Source: Ostreococcus lucimarinus (lineage: Eukaryota). Taken from it: a DNA stretch of 64,000 nt. Under the pieces are notes generated by a model. The model saw nothing but the letters and a program-made list of their open reading frames with translations. It did no database searches and was not told the origin of the DNA. Made by a program: the position numbers and the translations under genes. The DNA lies in assembly GCA_000092065.1 (NCBI GenBank), contig CP000584.1; one strand, written 5' to 3'. This document shows positions 1 through 10,501 of this stretch, piece after piece (positions within the stretch are counted from its first letter, which is position 1; each line of letters begins with the position of its first letter).

Positions 1-41
1 TGATAGACTGGATAACACAATGTCACTGAATACACATAGGA

Positions 42-2447
42 GTGCGAACACACGCGACGCCGCGACGCCGCGCCGCGACGCGCGGCGCGCGGCACACGCC
101 GGCGAGCGCGGGCGGGATGCCGGTCCATCGCGACAGCGACCGCGGCGATGCCTCCATCTCGATCGCGTCGCCGTCCGCGAGCGCGCGCGCGCGGAAAGAC
201 GTCGCGCCGCGTCGAAGGACGACGCCGCGGGCGACGCCGACGACGCGACGACCGACGACGACGACGCGCGCGCTGACGATTAAACCGTTCAAGCGCGCGC
301 CGGCGGTGCCGGAGGAGTTCGCGAGCGATGCGCGCGCGATGCTGCGCGACGCGATCGCGGCGGTGCAAGAGAAACGACAGACGAGGGAGAGCCACGAGAC
401 GCTGTACAGGGCGGTGGAGAATTTGTGCGTGCACAAGCGCGGCGACGACGCGTTTGAGGATTTTCGCGCGGGTGGGGACGCGCGGAGCGAAAAGGTGCTC
501 GTAGAGCTGGAAAAGAAGAAGATAGGTGACTCCATGGTGTTTCTGAGGACGTTTGATGAGGTTTGGGGAGAGTACTGCGCGCAGGCGTTGACGCTGCGGT
601 CAATTTTTTTGTATTTGGACCGCGCGCGCGCGAACGGGGGTGGGAAGGCGAGCACGCTTTGGGACGTTTCGTTGCGGTTGTTTCACGAACATTTAGAGAA
701 TTCGGCGAAGAGCGTGAAGGGGAAAGTCGTCCGCGGATTGCTCGATCTCATCGAGCGCGAGAGGATGGGTGAGAAGATTGATAGAGCGCTCGCCAAGCGC
801 GTGTTGCGCGCGCTGAGCGCGTTGGGCGTGTACGGCGAGGCGTTTGACACCGTCTTCATAGAGGCGAGCCAGGAATTTTACCGTAAAGAAGGGAACGAGT
901 ACGGGGCACAGACGGATGTTTCTGACTATTTGAAGCACTGCGAGCGACGATTGGAGGAGGAGGCGGAGCGCTGCACGAATTACTTGGACGCCAGCACGGC
1001 GCGAGGGTTGATGCGCGTGTGTGAGCAAGGTTTAATAGAGGCACACATCGGGGATATCCTCGATAAGGGGTTCGTCGATCTCATGCGTCAGCATCGAATA
1101 GACGACTTGAAGCGATTGCACTCACTCTTGGCGCGCATGGACGGATTAGATCGCCTGAGTGCGGCTTTCGTGACGTACCTCAAGCAGCAAGGCACCGCCA
1201 TCGTCAAGGACGACGCGAACGATAAAGAAATGGTCGAACGCTTGCTGGCGATGAAAAGCGCCGTCGACGAAGTGTTGAATAAATCGTTCGGCCGCTCCGC
1301 CGCGGATGGATCGAACGATATTTTCATCAACGGCGTCAAGGAGTCGTTTGAGTCGTTCATAAACTGTCGTCAAAACGTCCCCGCAGAGCTCATAGCCAAG
1401 TACATCGATTCCAAGCTCAAGAGCGGCAACAAAGGCGCGAGCGAGGAGGAATTGGAGACAACATTAGACAAAGCGTTGACGCTGTTTAGGTACATCGTCG
1501 GTAAAGATGTGTTTGAAGGCTTTTACAAGAAGGAGCTCGCCAAGCGTTTGTTACACGCGAAGAGTGCGAGCATCGACGCAGAGAAGAGCATGATTAGCAA
1601 GTTGAAGGCGGAGTGCGGGAGCCAGTTCACGCAGCATCTCGAGGGTATGTTCAAGGATATCGATCTTAGTCGCGAGATCATGCAATCGTTCCGACAGACG
1701 TTTGACGACGAGGCGTTGACAAAGGGTATAGAGATGAACGTAAACGTCATCACGCAAGGATGCTGGCCATCGTATCCAGTTATCGACGTCAATATTCCCG
1801 AGCAACTCGCTGTTTTACAGGAAAAGTTTCAAGACTTTTACCTCGGAAAGCACTCTGGGCGACAGTTGACGTGGCAAAACTCACAAGGCCACTGCGTGCT
1901 GAAGGCGCGATTCGGTAGCGGCATGAAGGAGCTCAGCGTGTCGCTCTTTCAATGCGTCGTACTCATGTTGTTCAATGACGCCGAAAAACTTTCCTACGAG
2001 GACATAGCGTCGAAGAGTGGGCTAGAGGAGAAAGAATTAAAGCGTGCGCTGCAGTCCCTTGCATGTGCCAAGGTCCGTATCTTGAACAAAGAGCCGAAAT
2101 CTCGCGACGTCAACGCGGGCGACGTCTTCGAGGTCAACGCCGCGCTCAACGAGCGCCTGTTCCGCATCAAGGTCAATTCGATTCAAATCAAAGAAACCAC
2201 GGAGGAAAATAAGCAAACCATGGAGCGCGTGTTCCAAGACCGTCAACAGCAAGTTGACGCCGCGATCGTTCGCGTGATGAAGACCCGAAAGTCGCTCACC
2301 CACGCCTTGCTCATCTCCGAGCTCATGGCGCAGCTGAAATTTCCGACAAAGGCGAGCGATTTAAAGAAGCGCATCGAGAGTCTCATCGAGCGCGAGTACA
2401 TCGAGCGCGACCGCGAGGACGCTCAAAAGTACAACTACCTCGCGTAA
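42..2447 (+). CDS. CUL4: Cullin-4-like cullin (E3 ligase scaffold)
   Basis: 801-aa ORF collinear with CUL4 from the IKPFK segment to the C-terminus. It carries the cullin homology domain, the neddylation-site motif IVRVMKTRKSL and the terminal YNYLA. The N-terminal about 85 aa are low-complexity, so the true start may be 42 or the in-frame ATG at 117. Confidence 0.9.
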   Translation: MRTHATPRRRAATRGARHTPASAGGMPVHRDSDRGDASISIASPSASARARKDVAPRRRTTPRATPTTRRPTTTTRALTIKPFKRAPAVPEEFASDARAMLRDAIAAVQEKRQTRESHETLYRAVENLCVHKRGDDAFEDFRAGGDARSEKVLVELEKKKIGDSMVFLRTFDEVWGEYCAQALTLRSIFLYLDRARANGGGKASTLWDVSLRLFHEHLENSAKSVKGKVVRGLLDLIERERMGEKIDRALAKRVLRALSALGVYGEAFDTVFIEASQEFYRKEGNEYGAQTDVSDYLKHCERRLEEEAERCTNYLDASTARGLMRVCEQGLIEAHIGDILDKGFVDLMRQHRIDDLKRLHSLLARMDGLDRLSAAFVTYLKQQGTAIVKDDANDKEMVERLLAMKSAVDEVLNKSFGRSAADGSNDIFINGVKESFESFINCRQNVPAELIAKYIDSKLKSGNKGASEEELETTLDKALTLFRYIVGKDVFEGFYKKELAKRLLHAKSASIDAEKSMISKLKAECGSQFTQHLEGMFKDIDLSREIMQSFRQTFDDEALTKGIEMNVNVITQGCWPSYPVIDVNIPEQLAVLQEKFQDFYLGKHSGRQLTWQNSQGHCVLKARFGSGMKELSVSLFQCVVLMLFNDAEKLSYEDIASKSGLEEKELKRALQSLACAKVRILNKEPKSRDVNAGDVFEVNAALNERLFRIKVNSIQIKETTEENKQTMERVFQDRQQQVDAAIVRVMKTRKSLTHALLISELMAQLKFPTKASDLKKRIESLIEREYIERDREDAQKYNYLA

Positions 2448-2518
2448 CGATCGACGCTTAGATAATCGTTTAGACTCGCGCGCACCGCGCATTTGTTTCA
2501 ATACAGTTCCCTCTCGCC

Positions 2519-5305
2519 GTGGACGCCTCGACGGCGCGACGAAAAATTCAAAAACAGTCAGCCACAGACAGTCACAGTCACCGCACTCGTCGCCGCTTCG
2601 CGTCACCGATGACGCTCGACGCCCTCGACGTTCTCGATGACGACGCCCTGAACGCGCTCGACGTCGACGGCATCGCGCGCGCGGCGGCAAATAAACGCGC
2701 GCGCGTCGACGTCGGATGCGCGCGCGTCGAGACGAATGAGAACGTGGCACCATCGGCTGACGTGCGCGCGACGCTCAAAGCGCGGTTCGGCCTCGATGCG
2801 TTTCGCCCCGGTCAGCGCGAAGTCGTCGAGGCGGTGCTCGCCGGGCGGGACGCGTGCGTGTTCTGGAGCACGGGCTCGGGGAAGTCGTTGCCGTATCAAC
2901 TCGCGGCGTTTGCGAGCGGAAAGAGCGCGGTGGTGGTGTCTCCGTTGATTTCGTTGATGCAGGATCAGGTGACGGCGTTGAACAACACGGTCGGACGCGG
3001 TGATGGGAAAGATGGTGACGTGGCGGTGTTTTTGGGGTCGGCACAGATGGATCACGGCGCGGAGGCGCGCGTGTTTGAGGGGGCGTATGAAATAGTGTAC
3101 TGCACGCCGGAAAAGTTGACGGCGAGCGATTCGTTTTTGAATGGGTTGAAAAGTCTCGCGGCGCGAGGGCGGTTGGGGTTGATCGCGATCGATGAGGCGC
3201 ATTGTATTTCTGCGTGGGGGCACGATTTTCGTCCGTCGTACACGCAGTTACACATGCTTCGCGACGCGATCCCAAATGTTCCGATCATGGCGCTCACGGC
3301 GACGGCGGTGCGTCACGTGCGCGACGATATTTCAAAGATTCTGCGTCTGCGCGATCCGTACGTGAGCGTGAACTCCGTCGATCGCACCAACTTACACATC
3401 AACGTCGTGCGCCGGACGGATTTTTCAAGAGACTTGGATTACATCGTCGAGCGCGTTCGCGCGGGTGCGCGCGTGTCGCCCGCCATCGTTTATTGTCCGA
3501 CGATTGCGGAAGTCGTCAAAGTCGCCGGTGCGCTGAAACAGCGCTTAGGCGACGATGTCGTTCGGATGTATCACGGCCAAATGTCACCGCCGGAGCGACA
3601 CGATGCGCACATGGATTTTTTGACGAGTAGAAGTCCCGTCATCGTGGCGACGACGGCGTTCGGGATGGGTATTGACAAGCCCGACGTGCGAGCGATTACG
3701 TTATTAGGCGCGTCGAAGACGATGGAAGAGTTTTATCAGCAAATCGGTCGAGCCGGCCGCGATGGACTGGCGTCCGAAGTTTCGATGCTGTTCACGGACG
3801 GCGATTTCACGCGCTACGCTTCAGACTTTTACACGAAAGATCTCACGCCTCAAGCTCGCGACGCTCAAGCAAAATCGACGAATGCGCTCAAAGAGTTTGC
3901 GCTTAATCGCGAAACGTGCAGACGGGTGATGATAATGAAACATTTCGGGGAAACTGCGCCCTTCGTCAGGTGTGGCGGTACTTGCGACAATTGTGCGCGA
4001 AGTGAGCGCGGAGACGAACGAAGAAATTTTGCAAAGGAGGCGCTGCCCGTTCTCTTTGCGCTTCGTTACGCCGGGAGTCAGCCGAGTTCGCGCTTGTTGG
4101 ATACCATCATGGGTACTACGAAGAACGCAGCGAGCTTGCAACCTTGGCAGCGACAAGCGATCGATAACGCCCGCCGACTCGATGATTTACAACCAGGATG
4201 CTCTTCGCGCGAGTTCTACAAGGAAATGCTCAGCTTGTTGTCTCAAGTTGGTTTGGTGCGCGCGAGAACCGTCAAAGGCGCTCACTCAACGTATCCAGTT
4301 TACGATCTCGACCCACAAGCACAGGACTTCTTGCAGCAGCAAAATTCAAACCAATTACCGCCGTTGATGCTCATCTGCCCCGAAAGTGTCCTCGCTGCCG
4401 AGCGCGAGATGGCCAAGAAGGCGGATGAAATCAAAGCTAGATTGGTGGGCAGCGGTGTCGACGTCGCGCGCATTCCAGCGCACGAGCTCGCGTCAGGTCG
4501 CGGCGAGCAAATCGATGCCGAATTGGAGTGGATCAATCGACTGGAGTATTACAGGGGCACACCACGCGCCGAGGCCCTCGTTGATCTATTGTCGCAAATT
4601 GAGCAGTGGCGAGACTCTCGCGCGCGCGAACTCGGTATGGCGCCTGCAGCGGTATTGAGCGCGCACTTGTGCAAAAAGATTGCGTACACCGCGCCGCGTT
4701 CGGTCGAAGCATTGCGCGCTGTTGGTGTTCGCGTCACTGGTGTCGAAAGTCTGAGTAAGTTGATTAACGATGCGATGCCAAAGGTTGATGTCGAAACTAC
4801 GAGCAATGGAGCGCTGGAGCTTTCGCTCGGCACCATCGCGCCCAACGCGCGATGGCATCTCGCCGAGTACAAACCAAAGAAAGGACCGGGCGGGACGATG
4901 GTGAAACCGAATTGGGAGGTGAGTTACGAGCGCTTCACGAGCGGCGAACACGTCGAAACGATCGCGCTCACGACGCAGCCAAAGGCGGTTCAACCGGCGA
5001 CGGTATTCAACCACCTGCTCGAGGCTCTCCTGCACGCCAAACCGCTGGATTACGATCGCGCCGCGTCTTACCTCCCCGCGTCGCAACGCTTAACCAAAAG
5101 CGACTGCGCCATGTTCGCCGACGTTCAACTCAGCAAGCGCGTCGACGTCGTCGCTGAGCGCGCGCCGAGCACGCGAGCGTTTCTCGCCGACGTAATTCGC
5201 GACGTTCCCTCCGCGTCCAAGTTCGACGCCGAGCGTCAGCGCGACGCCGTGTGGTACACCAAGCTCCGCACGTGGATCGCCTTGAGACGCGCAGGCGCCG
5301 TCTGA
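2519..5305 (+). CDS. RecQ-family DNA helicase (helicase core plus RQC-like plus HRDC-like C-terminal region)
   Basis: 928-aa ORF with RecQ motif I (FWSTGSGKSLPYQLAA), the DEAH box (IDEAHCISAWGHDFRPSY) and motif VI (QQIGRAGRDG). A downstream HRDC-like segment is present (LGMAPAAVLSAHLCKKIAYTAPRSVEALRAV). An alternative ATG lies at 2609. The gap to the upstream cullin stop is only 72 bp. Confidence 0.9.
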   Translation: MDASTARRKIQKQSATDSHSHRTRRRFASPMTLDALDVLDDDALNALDVDGIARAAANKRARVDVGCARVETNENVAPSADVRATLKARFGLDAFRPGQREVVEAVLAGRDACVFWSTGSGKSLPYQLAAFASGKSAVVVSPLISLMQDQVTALNNTVGRGDGKDGDVAVFLGSAQMDHGAEARVFEGAYEIVYCTPEKLTASDSFLNGLKSLAARGRLGLIAIDEAHCISAWGHDFRPSYTQLHMLRDAIPNVPIMALTATAVRHVRDDISKILRLRDPYVSVNSVDRTNLHINVVRRTDFSRDLDYIVERVRAGARVSPAIVYCPTIAEVVKVAGALKQRLGDDVVRMYHGQMSPPERHDAHMDFLTSRSPVIVATTAFGMGIDKPDVRAITLLGASKTMEEFYQQIGRAGRDGLASEVSMLFTDGDFTRYASDFYTKDLTPQARDAQAKSTNALKEFALNRETCRRVMIMKHFGETAPFVRCGGTCDNCARSERGDERRNFAKEALPVLFALRYAGSQPSSRLLDTIMGTTKNAASLQPWQRQAIDNARRLDDLQPGCSSREFYKEMLSLLSQVGLVRARTVKGAHSTYPVYDLDPQAQDFLQQQNSNQLPPLMLICPESVLAAEREMAKKADEIKARLVGSGVDVARIPAHELASGRGEQIDAELEWINRLEYYRGTPRAEALVDLLSQIEQWRDSRARELGMAPAAVLSAHLCKKIAYTAPRSVEALRAVGVRVTGVESLSKLINDAMPKVDVETTSNGALELSLGTIAPNARWHLAEYKPKKGPGGTMVKPNWEVSYERFTSGEHVETIALTTQPKAVQPATVFNHLLEALLHAKPLDYDRAASYLPASQRLTKSDCAMFADVQLSKRVDVVAERAPSTRAFLADVIRDVPSASKFDAERQRDAVWYTKLRTWIALRRAGAV

Positions 5306-5385
5306 CCGCGTCGCCCCTGGACATCAGAAGACGCAACCGCGGCGTCGCCAATCGCGAATTGTATCACTGAAGAAATCACGTTTGT

Positions 5386-5416
5386 TTTCCCGCGCATTTT
5401 AAGTTTTCGCGCCAAA
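5386..5416. promoter_or_regulatory. Two E2F-type sites: TTTCCCGC (5386..5393) and the palindromic TTTCGCGCCAAA (5405..5416), 37 to 67 bp upstream of the CDCA7-like ATG
   Basis: Exact matches to the E2F consensus TTTSSCGC. The second site matches on both strands. CDCA7 is a classical E2F target in animals. Confidence 0.5.
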
Positions 5417-5452
5417 ACCGATTCGACACTTCACGCCGCATTGTCCTCCGCC

Positions 5453-6805
5453 ATGCTCTCCGAATTCGAGCTCGCCCGCCTCGAACGCATCGAGCAGAAC
5501 AAGAAACGCATGCTCGAGATGGGCATCACCGGCATGGCGCGCGATCTCGCCGCGCGCGCGTCGCCGCAAAAGGTGCGTTCGGCGACGATGAAGACGCGCG
5601 CTGATTTCGTTGCCGATGGCGAAAGACGACGCGGTGGTGGCGTCGATCGACGCTCGATGGCGTCGCACGCGCGATGAAACGATGACTGACGATATAATGC
5701 GCGGATGATGACGCTCGCGACGACGCAGACGCCGCGAAAGCTGAGCATGAAGTACACGCGTAGACCGATCACGCCGGAGAGCGAACGCCGACGGTCGTCG
5801 CGCGAGCGAACGAAGATTTCGTACGTTGGAATGGATGACGGGGCGCAGGATAAGAGCGATCGTGGGTACACGAAACCGGCTCGGGCGCCGACGCGGGCGC
5901 CGCGGGCGGTGTTTTCGGTCGGGGGACGGGTTTACGATAGCGAACGAGGGGTGACGTGTCACTGGTGTCGACAAAAGACGGTGGAGACGCACGTGGCGTG
6001 CACGGGGGAGGCGTGCCAGGGTGCGCGGTTGCCGTTGTCGTTCTGTGGGATGTGTTTGAGAAATCGTCACGGGGAGGACATCGACGACGCCGTCGCGTCG
6101 GGGTGCTGGCAGTGCCCGCGATGCCGCGGATCCTGCGGCGAAGGGTGCGTGACGTGCTGCAACTGCGGACCGTGCCGGAAAAAGGCTGGTCTGGCGCCGA
6201 CGCACCAAGTCATCCAGCTCGCGCGCGCGAGTGGATTCGATAACGTGCACGATTACTTGGTGTCTCAGACCACGCGCGAAGGCCCGAAAGAAATCGCCGC
6301 GCGCAAGCTTTCGTTCCCATGGGGAAAATGGTTGCGCGACGATTTCTGCGCCCCGTGCGCGGCGGATCCCGAGTCCGAATCAGAGGAGCGACAAGTGGAC
6401 GTCGCCGCCGGTTCCTCCGCAGACGATGAAAGCGCGCAAGACGTCCCGTCACCTTTTGACTCCGACGACGATTCGAGCGGATCTGACGACGATCAGTTCA
6501 TGGTCGTCCGCCGCACTCCGACAAAGCGTCCCGCCGCGTCGCCGCGCGCGTCCGCGTCGCCGAAGAAAAAGGCTCGCCCTTCGATCAAAACGCCGGTCAA
6601 GAAACCGATCGAGTCGATCAAGTCGAAGACCGCGCCACCGACGCCCGAACCCATCGCGCACCTCGGCGAAGACGTCTACGAGTTTGAGCGCGTCTTGGCT
6701 CGCCGCAAGCGCGGTCGCGGCGAGCAGCTTCTCATCAAGTGGCGCGGGTTCGGCGAAGACGAAGCGACGTGGGAACCGGCGAGAAACATCATCACGCACG
6801 CGTGA
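5453..6805 (+). CDS. CDCA7-like zf-4CXXC_R1 protein with C-terminal chromodomain; proposed join(5453..5572,5729..6805)
   Basis: The main exon is the 5705..6805 ORF. It contains the CDCA7-type zinc finger (CHWCRQKT...FCGMCLRNRHGEDIDDAVASGCWQCPRCRGSC) and a chromodomain at the extreme C-terminus (EDVYEFERVLARRKRGRGEQLLIKWRGFGEDEATWEPARNI). A proposed 5' exon at 5453..5572 encodes LARLERIEQNKKRMLEM, which resembles the conserved N-terminal CDCA7 motif (ALNIKQNKAMLAKL). It ends at a GTGCGT donor at 5573, with an ACGCAG acceptor ending at 5728, in frame. The exon-1 assignment is the less certain part. Confidence 0.65.
5573..5728 (+). other. Candidate intron (156 nt) of the CDCA7-like gene
   Basis: The donor is GTGCGT and the acceptor is cgacgcag. 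It contains tgactgac about 30 nt upstream of the acceptor, the same signals as the five better-supported introns in this window. It joins two ORFs in frame. Confidence 0.5.
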
Positions 6806-7001
6806 GCGCGGCGAGCGCGTCACGACGACGAGCGATGCGATACTATTACTATATACTACACGACGACGCGATATTCGATATTTACGAAGTCAGCAACCAC
6901 CTACAGACGCCAACAGCACAATCCAGCGAATCAAATCTTTCTTTCTTCACTCTTCAGCGGTAATCGCCCTCGCGCTCGCGCTCGAACGGCGACGCGCGAC
7001 G

Positions 7002-10000
7002 ATGTCATCGACGACGACGATGACGACGACGCCGCCGGCGGGACGTTCGAGCGCGAGCGCGACGTCGTCCGCGAAGACCAATTCAGCGAAACCACTCGGG
7101 ACGTTCGATTGCGTGTATCGCGACCCCGACGCGCGCGCGCCCGTGCCTGGGAAGCTCAGCGTGTTCGAAACCGCGCTGTCGTTCACGTCGAACATCCTCG
7201 GGATGAATTTCGGAGGAACGAACGTCAAGATGAAGCTGCGGGACGTCAGCGAGGTGGACGGGACGACGCGGTTGGCGTTGAAGATTACGGGGAGGAACGA
7301 TAAGGTGCTGTTGCTGAGTTTTACGAATAGTGCGCCGGCGTTTGATTGCTTAGCGACGAGTTGGAAGCTGGTCCGCGCGGATGCCGACGTGCGAATCGCC
7401 ACCGGTCCGGGATTGCATCGGAAGAAGAAGTCCGGCGGCGCCGAGGCGAAGAATTTGATAGAGTACGGCAAGGACTTGTTTGAGGAGTATAAAGAGACGA
7501 TGGAGATCAAGGCGAGGAGTTTCGTAGAGGAGGCGAGTAAACTTGGGGCTAAACCGCGGCCGACGCCGAAAATGCCGATGGTCGATGTCGAGGATGAGGT
7601 GTCGAGGGCGCTGTTTATTCGCTTGGTCCGGGCGACGAATGTCGTGGCGATGGATTCGGGTGGGACGTCGGACCCGTTCGCGTCGGTGCGCTACCGTGGG
7701 CTCGAGTCGACGTCAAAAACGATCTGGAAAACGCTCGACCCGGAATGGGATGAGGTGTTCACGTTCAGAGTACCCCCCAACAAGACGACGTTGGACGAAA
7801 CAGATTTCGTAGAGATGCACATCTTTGATCGAGACGTCGCGCTCCATGATTTCATAGGTTATGTTAAACTCGATCTCACCGGTACGCGCGTGTACAGCTC
7901 AAAGCGCACGAAGATGACTCTCGAGTTGAAAAATCTTCCCGCCGACCAGCAGCCAGACTTTTTCGACGTCAATCACTTGAAGGAGAAGCTCATGTTTTGG
8001 GAGGGTGAGCGCCAAATCACGGGTACGGTGGAGATTGAATACTGGCTCGGGAATCGTCACGACGCGGACTACAGGATTGCGGGTGTGCCGTTATTGAGAA
8101 AACCTGATCCACGAGCCGGGGAAGCGATGAATCACTTCTGCGATCCGGTATCGGCACTTTTGCGCGTCGAGGTGAAGTGTGGCAGAAACATAATCAACCT
8201 AGACGACGACGACGGAAGCGATCCATACGTTGAAGTGGCTGTAGTTCAGCCAGATGGGACAGAGGAGAAACATCAAACACACTACATCGACGACGCGACC
8301 GATCCCGAATGGAACAGCACCTTCAACTTTATCGCCGCAAAGCCGTACAAGGCAGATTTAGTATTTCGCATGTACGATTACGATGGCGTGACAAGTTATG
8401 ACGATTTGATCGGCATGGTACGCATACCGATCAGTGAACTACAAACGCACAAAGGAATCACAAAGTTTCCAGACTCGCAGTGGTACACCCTGCTCGACGC
8501 TGAGGGCAAAGACTGCGACAAGGAAGGCACAAAGTACGGCGATATTGAAATCAGGGCCTACCTCGACGAAGAATATTTCGAGCACTTGCACGGTGGTAAC
8601 ACAAGTAAGGCCGTAGGTAAGCTTACATTGGACGTTTTGGAGGCAAAAGACTTAGAAGGCGCGCCGGACACGTACGTCATGGTCAAAACCGGGCCATATT
8701 GGTCGAGATTATCCGATCAAAAGGCGCAAAGCAATCCGCAGTGGAACGTGCGTTTGAGATACCCAATCATAGAACCGAGCGAACCGGTGACGGTCGGGGT
8801 GTTCAATTTATCTGATGGCTCTATGATTGGAAAGATAAGATGTGTTCTCTCTGGTTTAGACGATGGTTTGCGCTACGAGGATGATTTTCCGCTCAAGACG
8901 GTGAACAGGAGCGGTGTCGTCGTGACGAATGGCACGCTGCGCTGTTCGTTTACGTTCAAGCACAAATCGACTGCATCTTTCGCGAGTCGTTACATGCAGC
9001 CAGTACTTCCCGATAAGTGGTATATACAGCCGCTTTCGGATACCGAACGACGGCGCATGCTCAGGGCGCATTCCATGATGATGATGAAGCGACTTTACAA
9101 CTCGAATCCATCCATCCCGGAAGTTGTCTCCAAGGAACTCCTCGACTTTTCCAAGCAAGATGTCAGCATCAAGAGTATCAAGAGCTCAATCGCACGGATG
9201 GAGCGCGTCGTAACGAATTTGACATCGATCGGCGATAATCTTTCGTACGCGCTGAGCTGGGAGTCTATCCCGCTCACTATTTTCGTGCAACTGGTCATGG
9301 TGTACGTCATTCATCATCCGCACATGTTCTTTCCCATGTTCTTCTTGAGCATCGCGTTCCAGTCGCTGATGCGGTTTCCATCGCGTTACCAGCGCACGCT
9401 CGACCGCTGCGTACCTGACGATTGGCTCACCGTCGGCTTGGCGTTTCCACCGGATTCCGAAGAAGAGCTCGAGAAGAAGAAAGCGAGCGAAGCCGAGGCA
9501 AAGAAAAAACTTGAAGAGGCGAAGAAACTCGCGTTGGAGGAAGAAAAGCGTAAGGAAGCGGAAAAGAAAGAAGAAGAGAAGGAATCTGAAATTCAGAAGC
9601 CTCGCGAAGTGTTTTCGTTCGAAAGCCTAAATCCGCTCGCGGCGTTGCAGCGCCAAATGGATGAAATCACACAGATGATTACTGACGCCCAAGTCGTTTT
9701 GGATGACGCCGCCGGTATTCTCGAGCGCGTCGTGGGCATACTAGACTGGGACGAGCCTCGCGTGACCGCGTGCGTCGTCGTCGGTCTTTTCCTCATCGCT
9801 TGGGCTTTCATCTTCATCGACGCCGTCATTCGATTCATAACAACCGTCGTCGTCGGCGTCTTCGTCAAAACATTCTTCACCATCTTCTCCCCGGTCGCCA
9901 TCAAATGGGGCGTTTCATTCGCCACCCTCTTCGCTCTACGCCATCCCGCAATCTTACCCGACGCCGCCACCGCCGCGATCGAGGAAGAAAAGCGTCTTCG

Positions 10001-10169
10001 CCGCGCCGCCGCCCAAGCCGCCGCCCAAGCCTCCAGCGCCGGCGCCAAGGTCGAGAGCAAGGACAAGGCCGAAATCTTCGAGCCCAAATCCGCGGTTTTC
10101 GACCCGAGGCCGCTCGCTCCAGTGAACGTCTTCTACCGAATTCCGACCCAGGCCACGCGCGTGTTGTAA
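7002..10169 (+). CDS. Multiple-C2-domain and transmembrane-region protein (MCTP-like, with PRT_C-type C-terminal membrane region)
   Basis: The frame is open from 6231 but overlaps the upstream gene, so the start is taken at the first ATG after that gene's stop (7002). Three C2 domains are recognisable (for example DPFASVRYRG...WKTLDPEWDEVFTF, then DPYVEVAVVQPDG...DPEWNSTFNF, then a third). The C-terminus has two hydrophobic hairpin regions (LTIFVQLVMVYVIHHPHMFFPMFFL and VVVGLFLIAWAFIFIDAVIRFITTVVVGVFV). There is also a K/E-rich coiled stretch. Confidence 0.8.
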   Translation: MSSTTTMTTTPPAGRSSASATSSAKTNSAKPLGTFDCVYRDPDARAPVPGKLSVFETALSFTSNILGMNFGGTNVKMKLRDVSEVDGTTRLALKITGRNDKVLLLSFTNSAPAFDCLATSWKLVRADADVRIATGPGLHRKKKSGGAEAKNLIEYGKDLFEEYKETMEIKARSFVEEASKLGAKPRPTPKMPMVDVEDEVSRALFIRLVRATNVVAMDSGGTSDPFASVRYRGLESTSKTIWKTLDPEWDEVFTFRVPPNKTTLDETDFVEMHIFDRDVALHDFIGYVKLDLTGTRVYSSKRTKMTLELKNLPADQQPDFFDVNHLKEKLMFWEGERQITGTVEIEYWLGNRHDADYRIAGVPLLRKPDPRAGEAMNHFCDPVSALLRVEVKCGRNIINLDDDDGSDPYVEVAVVQPDGTEEKHQTHYIDDATDPEWNSTFNFIAAKPYKADLVFRMYDYDGVTSYDDLIGMVRIPISELQTHKGITKFPDSQWYTLLDAEGKDCDKEGTKYGDIEIRAYLDEEYFEHLHGGNTSKAVGKLTLDVLEAKDLEGAPDTYVMVKTGPYWSRLSDQKAQSNPQWNVRLRYPIIEPSEPVTVGVFNLSDGSMIGKIRCVLSGLDDGLRYEDDFPLKTVNRSGVVVTNGTLRCSFTFKHKSTASFASRYMQPVLPDKWYIQPLSDTERRRMLRAHSMMMMKRLYNSNPSIPEVVSKELLDFSKQDVSIKSIKSSIARMERVVTNLTSIGDNLSYALSWESIPLTIFVQLVMVYVIHHPHMFFPMFFLSIAFQSLMRFPSRYQRTLDRCVPDDWLTVGLAFPPDSEEELEKKKASEAEAKKKLEEAKKLALEEEKRKEAEKKEEEKESEIQKPREVFSFESLNPLAALQRQMDEITQMITDAQVVLDDAAGILERVVGILDWDEPRVTACVVVGLFLIAWAFIFIDAVIRFITTVVVGVFVKTFFTIFSPVAIKWGVSFATLFALRHPAILPDAATAAIEEEKRLRRAAAQAAAQASSAGAKVESKDKAEIFEPKSAVFDPRPLAPVNVFYRIPTQATRVL

Positions 10170-10501
10170 TTTAACCAAGAGCTCCTCGCGCTTCGTTTGA
10201 CACCGAATGATGTCTCGTCACTGTTCGCCCGTGTCCCGAGCGCAGTCTCGGTGAGAGACCGCACAGTGCGGCGCGCCCCTCACTCGCGCCACGCGAGCGC
10301 GCGGAAACGACGCGAAAGGCGTCCAACCGCGCGTTCGATCCGCCTCGCGCGCTCGGGCGGGTGCGATCGCGCGCGGTCGGCGAAGATCCGTCGAGTGGCG
10401 GCGGCGGCGGCTCGAGTTTGAAGATTTACGCCTCACGCGCGCGCACGACTTCGCGAGGACGACGGAGGTCGCGCTGAGAAGTCCGTGGTAACTTTTAGCG
10501 C

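Noticed and set aside
5399-6250. 283-aa minus-strand ORF
   Set aside because: It is antisense to the CDCA7-like gene, whose sense frame carries clear zinc-finger and chromodomain homology. It is Arg-rich low complexity.
6231-7001. 5' part of the 1312-aa ORF beginning at 6231
   Set aside because: It overlaps the CDCA7-like CDS in a different frame and is low-complexity Arg/Ser-rich. The MCTP gene is taken from the first ATG after the upstream stop (7002), where domain content begins.
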